In this document: positions 1 through 8,075 of the stretch, piece after piece | Layout of the letters: each line of letters starts with the position of its first letter | How positions within the stretch are numbered: position 1 is the stretch's first letter | Assembly: GCA_000993275.1 (NCBI GenBank) | Contig: LBVV01000003.1 | Span: 1-60,040, forward strand | DNA: 60,040 bases | Direction: 5' to 3' | DNA from: a candidate division CPR2 bacterium GW2011_GWC2_39_10 | GTDB taxonomy: Bacteria > Patescibacteriota > CPR2 | The notes under the pieces: model-generated | Database searches by the model: none | What the model was told of the DNA's origin: nothing | The model's input: only the letters and a program-made list of their open reading frames with translations | Program-made: the position numbers and the translations under genes

Positions 1-84
1 ACTTTTGTTTTTCTCCAAAGATTACTTTTGTTTTGCTATCCATTTTGTATGCATAGACTTCGAAAAACAAGGGATTTAAAAAAA

Positions 85-99
85 GTGCACGTGGGTCAG
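85..99 (+). repeat. Copy 1 of dispersed motif GTGCACGTGGGTCAG (CACGTG core, A-rich 5' flank)
   Basis: The 14-mer TGCACGTGGGTCAG recurs exactly at 7470-7483 (+) and as its reverse complement at 7311-7324 and 59944-59957. Confidence 0.9.
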
Positions 100-109
100 A
101 GAAAAAATC

Positions 110-138
110 TTGTCAAAGAGTAAGAAATGTGGTATTAT
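110..138 (+). promoter_or_regulatory. Sigma-70-like promoter with extended -10, upstream of the orphan operon
   Basis: TTGTCA (110-115), a 17-nt spacer, then TGg-TATTAT (130-138). It lies just upstream of the ORF that begins at 142/154/202. Confidence 0.5.
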
Positions 139-141
139 TAA

Positions 142-1239
142 TTGTTACTAGCTATGAATAGCCCTTTGTTATGTAAATCAGTATTTTTTAGACCAAAGGA
201 GATGATGGTTTTGAAACGGGAGCAGTTTGATACGCAGGAAGAAATGGAAAAAGCATCAGGGGATCTTGCAACATTGAACGCAGTCCTGAGTGCACGCAGA
301 AGTGCTTACGCAAAGGATAAAAAGGCACGTTTGAATGAGTTTTATTTCCTGAATGGAAGGTATTTTACTGACTGTTTTGGGCAAGTACAAACCGTTTCAA
401 TCCGTGTGGGCAATACCCAGCGTTCATTTTCACCAACCGATCTCATTTACGATCTACCCAAAGTAATGGATGAGCTTGAGTTCCGTGCTCAAATCAGAAG
501 GTTTTTCGCCGACTGGTTAGAGACCAGATCATCTCATTGTGATATACCTACTGAGAGAGTGAAGTGTGGTGAGTGTGGCGAAACCTGGAACATCAATAAT
601 TGCCATGATGCGGTCAGTATCCAGGACGACAAGATCTTTCCTCTTGATAACTACATAGGCAAAACAATTAAAGAGGTGAGGGCCGATTATAACAAGCGAG
701 ACGATGCCGTTTATCACATGCGAGATGGGATTCGTCATGACCGTTTTATCGACCTGCGGCCTAAGCCAGGATATAGCAGTTTGAAAATGAACGAACGAGG
801 CTGGGCTGGTAAGGAAGAAGGGATAACAGACGATTACGTAATTCAAGAAGGAGACGAGGCTAGGTTTGTAGTATGGAAGTACTATCACAAATCCTGTAAC
901 AATGAGCGTCTTGGTTGGCTGGCATATCAGTTCTTCAAAGAGATCTTCAGCTCAGCGGGTTTCGAGCAATTCGACTTGCTTCAGATCCCAAATCAGTATG
1001 GTAGCTTTAGCTATCGAGGTCCATGGTTTGAGGTACAGACGGAAATCGGCACCATCACCATTGGATGGAGAAAGAGGGTCATCAATATTGAATGGCCTAC
1101 TATTGGTCAAGATCTTCTTCCTCTGTTTAAAGACGAAGATGTGACCAAGAGTGAATGCAACATCCATGCCTGGACCGAGGAAAAAGCAATCGAATATCTG
1201 TCGAAGATACATGATAATGTTTCTCAAGCAGTCCGGTAG
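142..1239 (+). CDS. Hypothetical protein with a Cys-rich (CxxC...CH) putative zinc-ribbon segment; no family recognised
   Basis: Long uninterrupted ORF containing KCGECGETWNINNCHD. GC is visibly higher than the pilus and housekeeping genes. The start is ambiguous: TTG 142, ATG 154, or ATG 202/205 right after AAGGAG at 196-201. Confidence 0.6.
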   Translation: MLLAMNSPLLCKSVFFRPKEMMVLKREQFDTQEEMEKASGDLATLNAVLSARRSAYAKDKKARLNEFYFLNGRYFTDCFGQVQTVSIRVGNTQRSFSPTDLIYDLPKVMDELEFRAQIRRFFADWLETRSSHCDIPTERVKCGECGETWNINNCHDAVSIQDDKIFPLDNYIGKTIKEVRADYNKRDDAVYHMRDGIRHDRFIDLRPKPGYSSLKMNERGWAGKEEGITDDYVIQEGDEARFVVWKYYHKSCNNERLGWLAYQFFKEIFSSAGFEQFDLLQIPNQYGSFSYRGPWFEVQTEIGTITIGWRKRVINIEWPTIGQDLLPLFKDEDVTKSECNIHAWTEEKAIEYLSKIHDNVSQAVR

Positions 1240-1275
1240 TGTTGGTATTATCCCGACGAGAAAGGAGAAGATGAT

Positions 1276-1725
1276 ATGAATCTCAAATTGCTTTATGAAA
1301 TCTTGGGGGACACAACTGTCCAACTAAGAAAGGGTTCGGAGGTGGATAGTCACCAGTCAGGCAATGTACAAGTTACGGAGATATACGCCATGCCGCATGA
1401 GTCCGAATCCAAAGATCTCGAGATGGTCGATTGCCATTTTATCACCGTAGGTGTCGATAAGGCCAAGGCGAAAGCGCGCAAAGGTGAGCTAATCAACCTT
1501 CTTAAGTCTTATCCGCAACCGGAACGATTGGCTCAAGGGCCATCCTACATCGAAGTCGGCGGCGTTATTGGAGACCAGGGAGCAGCATTTCAGCTTTTCG
1601 CCTTAGGTCAAGCTCTCGGTCTCTGGAATATAATCACGCCGGAAACTTTAGGCATAGAGGGTCAAGAAGCCAGTACACTGGCCGGTCAGGGATTCGTGAT
1701 GATAGACGGCTTCAAAGTCGCTTAG
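1276..1725 (+). CDS. Hypothetical protein (149 aa), co-transcribed with the preceding ORF; no family recognised
   Basis: AAGGAG sits about 9 nt upstream of ATG 1276. There is a 36-nt gap to the upstream ORF. GC is elevated, roughly 45-50% by eye. The hairpin CGGTCA-CA-TGACCG followed by CTTTT at ~1744-1762 follows the stop. Confidence 0.6.
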   Translation: MNLKLLYEILGDTTVQLRKGSEVDSHQSGNVQVTEIYAMPHESESKDLEMVDCHFITVGVDKAKAKARKGELINLLKSYPQPERLAQGPSYIEVGGVIGDQGAAFQLFALGQALGLWNIITPETLGIEGQEASTLAGQGFVMIDGFKVA

Positions 1726-2003
1726 AAATCCTTCATCCTGTAAACGGTCACATGACCGCTTTTAGCAATTGCTAGAGCGGTCATTTTCTTTTCCTTCTTA
1801 CGTTTTCCAGGCTTCAGGGTTTTGCTTTCCATATTAAAACTAAAATCCTTAATAAATCGAGGCACTGATTCATCTTCAGTTCGAAAGGGGATGACCACTC
1901 TTAAGCTATCATTAAATTCAACACTTGTTGTTATCTCCTTATCCGGCCTTTTTGTACCATTATCAATTTTTTCAACTCCAAGAGTCATATTTTGAAAATA
2001 CAC
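1722..2003 (-). CDS. Possible small basic hypothetical protein, convergent with the orphan operon
   Basis: ORF only. It has a GTG 2003 or ATG 1988 start and no clear RBS. Its 3' part overlaps the terminator-like hairpin of the + strand operon. Confidence 0.3.
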   Translation of the reverse strand: MYFQNMTLGVEKIDNGTKRPDKEITTSVEFNDSLRVVIPFRTEDESVPRFIKDFSFNMESKTLKPGKRKKEKKMTALAIAKSGHVTVYRMKDF

Positions 2004-2108
2004 TAAACAAGCCTTCCTAGGAAAGGACCAGTGACCGGTTCTCTAATCAGCTTCAATACAAAATTTGCCATTTTAAAATGATTGGTTCTATTCTGGAGCG
2101 AGTTAAAT

Positions 2109-2146
2109 AAAAAAAGACGATTTCGTAATGAAATTCGTCTTTTTTA
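2109..2146 (-). terminator. Rho-independent-type hairpin flanked by A and T runs (bidirectional)
   Basis: AAAAAAAGACGATTTCG-TAATG-AAATTCGTCTTTTTT, downstream of the hydrolase gene on the minus strand. Confidence 0.6.
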
Positions 2147-2149
2147 TAC

Positions 2150-2189
2150 TTGGAATTTTAGTTCCATCCTGCTTACTTTAGCGAGCCGA
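2150..2189. repeat. Degenerate copy of the tRNA-Asp 3' end plus its downstream flank (att-like direct repeat, copy A)
   Basis: ttggaattttagttccatcctgcttactttagcgagccga aligns with 3876-3917 at about 36 of 42 columns. Confidence 0.7.
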
Positions 2190-2215
2190 GAGGCGCTTAA
2201 ATCTGTTTAGCATCC

Positions 2216-2905
2216 CTAACTTATATTCAGATCCCAAAGGATTGTTTTATACAAATCTTCTCTATATTGGTTTGTAAAGTCATGATTCCCGTCAAGGTTG
2301 ATAATTCGGGTATTTTTTATGAGTCTAAGATTGTTGAAATCCATAACTTCATCGTTTATTGCATAAATAAGGGTAAGTTCAGTTTGGTTGGCTAAATTGT
2401 TGTAAAGGGTTACCACATCTGTTTTGAATCTTTCGGCCCAGTATTCTGGCGGTATGACAGTCACTGAACCATCACTTCTACGTCTACGGGTAATGTTATA
2501 GAAATCTAATTGATTATCGGCAAGATCCGTATAACGTTTCTGCAAATCTTCGATGTCAGTTTGAAAAAATGGCGATATACCTATTACTTTTTCTATCTTG
2601 TCCAAGTTCCGACAAAGGGTTGGGATTAGGCTTCCCTGTGAATGCCCGATAATTATAATACTTTTATATCTCTCGTCCTTGGCTATTTCATCGATTTGTT
2701 TCTGAAGGATGGCTGCCTGGACAGAAAAAGGTACAGCAAAAAGCTCCTTAGAATTCTCATCAAACTTATTATAATTAAATTGTTTTGTTACAAATCCTCG
2801 GGACTCTAGCATGGAAGCTAAAAATGAAAATAGCCCTCGGGCATCTTTCATAACCCCAAAGCCGTGTGAAAATAATATTAATGTATCTTGTGGTTTATGT
2901 TTCAT
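2216..2905 (-). CDS. Alpha/beta-hydrolase fold protein (esterase/lipase-like)
   Basis: Nucleophile elbow GHSQGS, an N-terminal HGFG oxyanion-type motif, and about 229 aa. GC is low relative to the flanking genes. Confidence 0.65.
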   Translation of the reverse strand: MKHKPQDTLILFSHGFGVMKDARGLFSFLASMLESRGFVTKQFNYNKFDENSKELFAVPFSVQAAILQKQIDEIAKDERYKSIIIIGHSQGSLIPTLCRNLDKIEKVIGISPFFQTDIEDLQKRYTDLADNQLDFYNITRRRRSDGSVTVIPPEYWAERFKTDVVTLYNNLANQTELTLIYAINDEVMDFNNLRLIKNTRIINLDGNHDFTNQYREDLYKTILWDLNIS

Positions 2906-2954
2906 AGCGTTAATTATATCTTACCATAATAAGCCGAAAAGCGCTGGAGTTCAA

Positions 2955-3794
2955 TTAGACTACCAGTTCATTATCCTTATTTTCAATAAAATCAATCTTC
3001 TCGACATGAAAGTCCCTGACTTCATAGAAATTCAGATTTTCGCGAAGCGCCAATTGATATCTAAACATATACCGCACCTTTTCTTCCAGATTACTAAAGC
3101 CAGGACAAATAAGGAAATACCTGTCTTTGACAATAACGCCATAAAAGTAGAGTTTGTTAATCGCAATTCGGTAAACACTGTCCAGCCCAAGTTTTGTTGA
3201 AAAAGATTTCTTCAGTTCAGGAACATCATCCGATTTGGAAAAAATATAATCTCTATCTAAAATAAAAAAAGAATAATCGGCACATAATTCAGCATCACGA
3301 CGCGAAAATTTTTCGATTTCTGATAGAATATCCTTATTGCCCGTTTTACATTCTACAAAAGTTAAGCCATCGTCAATTAAGCCAATACAATCAAATTCGT
3401 CATCAGGACTGGCGTCCTTCAGTCTGATTCCAAAGCCAGTTGCTTTAGCTCCAAACTTTTTTATAAGCATCTGACTAATGAACCACTCAAATGTATGAGC
3501 GTACTTCTGAATTCTCTTTTCTTGGTTCTGGAATTGTTTGTCAAAGTCTTTTTGGAATAAACAACAAATATTTAAGTAGCTTAAAAAGGATTTATTTTTA
3601 ACTGGTTCTTTTGAATACGCCCATTGCCTAAACTCTCTTCTGAAGCTTTCAAAGTTTAATAATTTATAGAGAATAGCTTTAAGAGTGTCAGTAGACTCAG
3701 CCTCAAGGTATGGCAATAATATATGCATATCACCAGACTGTGATATGATTTCTTGTCCCCGCTGTCTTAATGCTGTTTCAATACTTTGTTTCAT
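2955..3794 (-). CDS. Hypothetical protein with a PD-(D/E)xK nuclease-like core
   Basis: EFDCIGLIDDGLTFVECKTG gives D...(D)...E-x-K spacing typical of restriction-endonuclease-fold proteins. The N-terminal helical region is unassigned. Confidence 0.45.
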   Translation of the reverse strand: MKQSIETALRQRGQEIISQSGDMHILLPYLEAESTDTLKAILYKLLNFESFRREFRQWAYSKEPVKNKSFLSYLNICCLFQKDFDKQFQNQEKRIQKYAHTFEWFISQMLIKKFGAKATGFGIRLKDASPDDEFDCIGLIDDGLTFVECKTGNKDILSEIEKFSRRDAELCADYSFFILDRDYIFSKSDDVPELKKSFSTKLGLDSVYRIAINKLYFYGVIVKDRYFLICPGFSNLEEKVRYMFRYQLALRENLNFYEVRDFHVEKIDFIENKDNELVV

Positions 3795-3875
3795 AATCCT
3801 AACAAAATTAGCATACCGATCGGCATGCTAATTGCTTAGTAGGTCAACCGGTGGTCAATCGGTCTATTATTTAAT

Positions 3876-3917
3876 TTGGAACTTTTGGTTCCATCTTGCT
3901 TACTTTGGCGACCCCGA
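3876..3917. repeat. att-like direct repeat, copy B (30 nt downstream flank plus last 12 nt of tRNA-Asp)
   Basis: ttggaacttttggttccatcttgcttactttggcgaccccga matches 2150-2189. Confidence 0.7.
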
Positions 3918-3982
3918 CCAGACTTGAACTGGCGACCTCCTGCGTGACAGGCAGGCGCTCTAACCAACTGAGCTACGGGGCC
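3906..3982 (-). tRNA. tRNA-Asp (anticodon GUC), CCA encoded
   Basis: The reverse complement GGCCCCGTAGCTCAGTTGGTTAGAGCGCCTGCCTGTCACGCAGGAGGTCGCCAGTTCAAGTCTGGTCGGGGTCGCCA folds as a cloverleaf. The anticodon loop is CTGTCAC. Confidence 0.9.
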
Positions 3983-4270
3983 TCGTCAATAAACAAAAAA
4001 AAGATAACAATTAGCAGTTTCTATCGTTTCTTTTTTTCTGTTTATTGCTTATTGTTTATTGTTATTTACTTTCATAACTCACTTAATATAGCAAAAAAAC
4101 ACCTGAAAGTAAAGAAAATGTGAGGCAAATCTAAGGTAACTGCTCACAATCTTTAAAATTTGATCTTAAAATTTCTCCACCATTATTTGTCAACTTGACC
4201 CAAGAATCCATACTTTCCGGATCCCAGATCCCATACGGGTTTTTCAACAAGTCGGGATAACAACAAGGAT

Positions 4271-4299
4271 TAAAAAAAGCCGGGATATAAATCCCGGCT
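4271..4299 (-). terminator. Rho-independent terminator after the UPF0182 gene
   Basis: On the minus strand: AGCCGGGAT-TTAT-ATCCCGGCT followed by TTTTTTT. Confidence 0.75.
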
Positions 4300-4324
4300 A
4301 GTTTGGTAAACGACTTGGTTAAGG

Positions 4325-7189
4325 CTAGTTTTTGGGTTGAACCAATTGGTTCAAAATCCTACCCGCTTCTTCCAGTTCTTTACCGGCATTGCCTATCTGG
4401 CCTTTGCCTGTCAATAATTGGTAATTGTTTAGATGATCGGCAGCTTCACGGATCAGTTGATCCGTTGTTTGCTTTGTACCGCCAGCCCGGTTAGGCTGTG
4501 CTATCGCTCCACCTTCGGAAGTTACCAGTTTTTTAAGCGCTTCTTCGTAAGTGTTGGCATAAACCAACTTATCGTTGGTAGCCAATATTACTCGCCTTAA
4601 TTCCGGCATCCGCGCTTGATCAGCCTGAATGAATAGCGGCATACTGTACATCAGGCGGTTTCCGCTTAAAGGTGTTACTATCAGATTGCCCCAGATAACC
4701 TTAGATCCTTGCTGATTCCATAGTGTAATATCCTTGGACAAGGTCTCGTCCTGGTTAATATTGGCAAAAATCTGAAGCGGCCCCTTTGTTAAGCGATCTT
4801 TCGAGAATTTGTACACAACGAGCTTGCCGTAATTTGGATCGTCACACTTAGCCGCTAACCACCCAATCATGTTATCGCGTATTAGCGGACTAAAAGGCGA
4901 TACTATGGCAAATTCGGGTTTTGAGCTTTCCAGATTGGTGAGCACATAATATGGCTCAATCGGCTGATCTTTTGCCTTTTCACTGGCCACTCGCCAAGCA
5001 TCCTCTTTGTTATAGAATGTGCCCGGGTTTGACATGTGATACGTGCCGAAGATTTTTGCCTGAACACTAAAGAGAGCCTCCGGATACCGGATATGCTTTT
5101 TAAGTTCGGCCGGCATCTTATCTGCCGACTTAAACATTCCGGGGTAGATCCTTGAATACGCCTGAATGAAGGGATCGTTGTCGAAAACATAAAAATCTAC
5201 GCTTCCGTTTTTAGCGTCTATAACGATCTTTACGGAATTCCGAACGTAGTTAACGTTCTCTTCCATAAACTCCCTAGGCGACGAATACGGGTAATCATTG
5301 CTGTAAGTGTAGGCGTCCAGAATGTAGAACAAGCGCCCCTCCGCAATGACCGCATATGGATCAGGGTCAAGCTTTAAGAAGGTTGGCGCTATCGCTTTAA
5401 CCCGTGACATTATGCTGCGATTAAACATGATCTTGGTTTGAGGCTTGACGAATTCAGACGTGAATAACCGTAAGCCGTCAAATCTAAGAGCAATTGCGAA
5501 GCGTCTCATGCCAGATCCAATGCGGATTCCTCCGGTTCCGTCATAACGCGTAGTCTTGTTTTCATCACCGTCCGGATAATCAAACTCCGGATAGCTTCCC
5601 ACGTAAACATACTTGCCGGTTTTTTCACCGAAATATATCTCCGGAGATTTGATCTTAAAAACGTCGAAGGTAGTTTTAGTGGGTATGTCTTTTGCCAAAA
5701 AGTATGGCGAGCCGTCGGGGGCAAACTTGTTCACCTGACAAACCACGGCGCCGGATCCATGGGTATAAACGAAATGCTCGTTTAGCCATGTTTTTGACTG
5801 TTCGGGTAAAGATTTCTGATCCATCTCCCGTAAAGTCAGCATTACCTGGGTTTCTTTGCCATCAATCGTATAACGATCAATGTCGATGTCGCCAAAGTCA
5901 TAATACGTCCTAAAGAGCTGCGTTTGCCTCAGGGTTTGCCCGAGTATTTGCCAGCTCCATAGCCTGACACTATCCAGGCTTGCCTTATCCTTTTTTAGAA
6001 TGTCCGTTCCAATTCCCGTATCTAACGGAATTGTTTTTTCCTCTACCTTATCGGCACTTAAACCCCACGCCTCGCGAGTAAACTGGATATCGTGCTTAAT
6101 GTAAGGGGTTTCTTTGGCAATCTCGTTTGGCGACACTTCGTATGTTTGGACAATCCAGGGATAGATCCACAAAGCCAGTATCATGGCGATCAATGGCACA
6201 GCCGCTCCGGCAATTGCAAATCCAATTGTTTTGTCCGTGCTTTTTACTTTTGCGGCGATAAGGAACAAAACTATGGCTACGATTAAACTGCCACAGAAAA
6301 TCCAATTTGCCGTAATCTGCGCGTGAACGTCCGTATAGCTTGCGCCGAAGACCACGCCGCGCTCGGAATAAAGCAGCTCCCAGTTCGCCTTGATAGTTGA
6401 AAAAACCAGGTGAATTCCCCAGATAACGCCAAGAATGGCGCCATGGCTAATTATATGATTCAAGAATTTGCTTCCCTTAGCGGATGCCCAATCATTAACA
6501 TAGCGACCGAGACCTTGGTCGTGAACCTGAAACATATACATAATCGCCGCTATAACGACAGTCAAGAAAAGTATTGCATAACCAAGATCAAGCGCAAACC
6601 GGATCATCGGCAAAGTAAAAACATAAAAGCCAAGGTCTTTGCCGAAAATCGGATCCGTTATACCAAACGGAACTTGGTTAAAGTATAACAAAACCTGGTT
6701 CCAATTAGTAGCGGCGATCGATGCGATGATCAGGGAAAGAATAAAGCTAACAGCCAATAACAGCCAGCGCATACCGATAGCATAATCAGCCTCCACCGAT
6801 CCTTTTATCCCACTAGCTATCTTGGCATCATCTTCCCCTTCCGTCCTAATTATGGCAAATAATACGTTAATCACCATAAAGGCCAGCGAAACAAAAAATA
6901 CTACCAAGAACACTTTCCAGGAAGTCAGAATAGGCGCCCAAAAACGGGACACATATCCAACCTCCTTATACCACATAAGATCAACCCACTTGCCAAGAAC
7001 ATAGTCCAAGATGAATGCACTAACAAAGCCGGCAAAGATCCACAAACCGCCCGCTATCCTTCCGGTTAATCCGCTTTTCTTGGAGACCAAGAAATAGGCA
7101 CCGGGTGCGAAAAATATCACACACCATAGCAAGAAAAGTAAAAACTGCAACACTGAAATCTCCTCCTTCAAAATAGCTGCTTTTTCCAA
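4325..7189 (-). CDS. UPF0182-family large polytopic membrane protein (COG1615-like)
   Basis: 954 aa with multiple N-terminal TM helices and a large extracytoplasmic domain. It contains the family-typical NYVRNSVKIVIDAKNGSVDFYV and ITLWNQQGSKVIWGNL segments. Confidence 0.75.
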   Translation of the reverse strand: MEKAAILKEEISVLQFLLFLLWCVIFFAPGAYFLVSKKSGLTGRIAGGLWIFAGFVSAFILDYVLGKWVDLMWYKEVGYVSRFWAPILTSWKVFLVVFFVSLAFMVINVLFAIIRTEGEDDAKIASGIKGSVEADYAIGMRWLLLAVSFILSLIIASIAATNWNQVLLYFNQVPFGITDPIFGKDLGFYVFTLPMIRFALDLGYAILFLTVVIAAIMYMFQVHDQGLGRYVNDWASAKGSKFLNHIISHGAILGVIWGIHLVFSTIKANWELLYSERGVVFGASYTDVHAQITANWIFCGSLIVAIVLFLIAAKVKSTDKTIGFAIAGAAVPLIAMILALWIYPWIVQTYEVSPNEIAKETPYIKHDIQFTREAWGLSADKVEEKTIPLDTGIGTDILKKDKASLDSVRLWSWQILGQTLRQTQLFRTYYDFGDIDIDRYTIDGKETQVMLTLREMDQKSLPEQSKTWLNEHFVYTHGSGAVVCQVNKFAPDGSPYFLAKDIPTKTTFDVFKIKSPEIYFGEKTGKYVYVGSYPEFDYPDGDENKTTRYDGTGGIRIGSGMRRFAIALRFDGLRLFTSEFVKPQTKIMFNRSIMSRVKAIAPTFLKLDPDPYAVIAEGRLFYILDAYTYSNDYPYSSPREFMEENVNYVRNSVKIVIDAKNGSVDFYVFDNDPFIQAYSRIYPGMFKSADKMPAELKKHIRYPEALFSVQAKIFGTYHMSNPGTFYNKEDAWRVASEKAKDQPIEPYYVLTNLESSKPEFAIVSPFSPLIRDNMIGWLAAKCDDPNYGKLVVYKFSKDRLTKGPLQIFANINQDETLSKDITLWNQQGSKVIWGNLIVTPLSGNRLMYSMPLFIQADQARMPELRRVILATNDKLVYANTYEEALKKLVTSEGGAIAQPNRAGGTKQTTDQLIREAADHLNNYQLLTGKGQIGNAGKELEEAGRILNQLVQPKN

Positions 7190-7310
7190 CTGCCAAATGC
7201 AATTTCCTAATTAATCACCCCTTTTTTCATATTTATTATTTTTGAAGAACCAACATTTTAACCGATTGATAAATATACAACCTAATCAATAATTTGTCAA
7301 GCCTTTTTTG

Positions 7311-7483
7311 CTGACCCACGTGCAGTTTTCTTTGTGTCATTCCCGCGTAGGCGGGAATCCAGAGGGTATGGATTCCAAATCGAGCCTGCCTCGCTTTGCT
7401 CGTCAAGGCAGGTTTGGAATGACAAATCTAAGGTCAATTTTTAACAAGTTTATGAGGAGTTTGTAAGAGTGCACGTGGGTCAG
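7311..7483. mobile_element. 173-bp MITE-like unit: 14-nt perfect terminal inverted repeats enclosing a hairpin doublet
   Basis: CTGACCCACGTGCA (7311-7324) pairs with TGCACGTGGGTCAG (7470-7483). Inside are GTCATTCCCGCGTAGGCGGGAATC (7336-7359) and GGATTCCAAA...TTTGGAATGAC (7370-7423). There is no ORF. Confidence 0.55.
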
Positions 7484-7546
7484 TATTTTTTGCCCGTAGA
7501 AAACAAAATAGCCATGAGCTATAAGCCATTGGCTATTAATGAAAAC

Positions 7547-7622
7547 TTGGTCGGCCTGCTGGGATTTGAACCCAGGACCCCCGCTTTATAAGAACGGTGC
7601 TCTAACCCCTGAGCTACAGGCC
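7547..7622 (-). tRNA. tRNA-Ile with genomically encoded UAU anticodon, CCA encoded
   Basis: The reverse complement CGGCCTGTAGCTCAGGGGTTAGAGCACCGTTCTTATAAAGCGGGGGTCCTGGGTTCAAATCCCAGCAGGCCGACCA folds as a cloverleaf. The anticodon stem is CCGTT/AGCGG and the loop is CTTATAA. Confidence 0.85.
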
Positions 7623-7675
7623 GAAGAAATGTTGGATTGTTTAATTTGATTTTTAGATTTTAAATTTGTTAACGG

Positions 7676-7825
7676 ACTTATTTGAACCAAGATTTGTTCG
7701 TCCAGGGCGGAAACCCGCGACCCCCGCTTTAGTCGCCGTTTTTTTTATTTATTTTATATGTTGTCGGCGGTATTAGCTCTGAAGAGCTAATTAAGAACGG
7801 TGCTCTAACCCTTAAGCTACAGGCC
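7676..7825 (-). pseudogene. Disrupted tRNA-like paralog of the adjacent tRNA-Ile
   Basis: The 5' half GGCCTGTAGCTTAAGGGTTAGAGCACCGTTCTTA and the segment TAAAGCGGGGGTC match the intact gene. They are separated by a ~59-nt hairpin-rich insert inside the anticodon loop. The T-arm is degenerate and no complementary acceptor 3' strand is present. Confidence 0.5.
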
Positions 7826-7917
7826 TGTACAAATATCAACAAAACAAGGTAATTATACTGTAAAATTGACCCTTTTTCAAGGACAAGGTATCTACTCATT
7901 AGGCCCATCAATTTGTC

Positions 7918-7996
7918 CATCCCGCACTTAGATGCGGGATCCATTCTTCCTGGATTCCAGATCCAGCCTTCGGCTGACAGGCAAGTCTGGAATGAT
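7918..7996. repeat. Hairpin doublet of the GTC(C)AT-stem-loop / stem-loop-ATGA(C/T) family
   Basis: CATCCCGCACTTAGATGCGGGATC (7918-7941) and GGATTCCAGA...TCTGGAATGAT (7952-7996). The architecture matches 7336-7423. Confidence 0.7.
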
Positions 7997-8075
7997 ACTG
8001 TAGTTACATAGAAATTTTACATAAAAATAGGGGCCTAGTGAATAAACACAAAGACAAGATAAAGGGATTAGCTAA

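Noticed and set aside
3896-4123. A 75-aa + strand ORF.
   Set aside because: It is the antisense translation of tRNA-Asp plus a heptad repeat array, so it is not a gene.
4903-7202. Multiple 60-95-aa ORFs on both strands inside the UPF0182 gene. Similar nested ORFs occur inside hydA/hydD, pilB, recA, ftsK and pnp.
   Set aside because: Each lies entirely within or antisense to a long, motif-supported gene. None has start signals, and their composition is low complexity. They are treated as spurious.
7676-7825. A group I or archaeal-type intron in a tRNA gene.
   Set aside because: The ~59-nt insert is far too short for a group I intron. No bulge-helix-bulge motif is apparent, and the T-arm and acceptor 3' strand are also disrupted. 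I report it as a pseudogene rather than an intron-containing tRNA.
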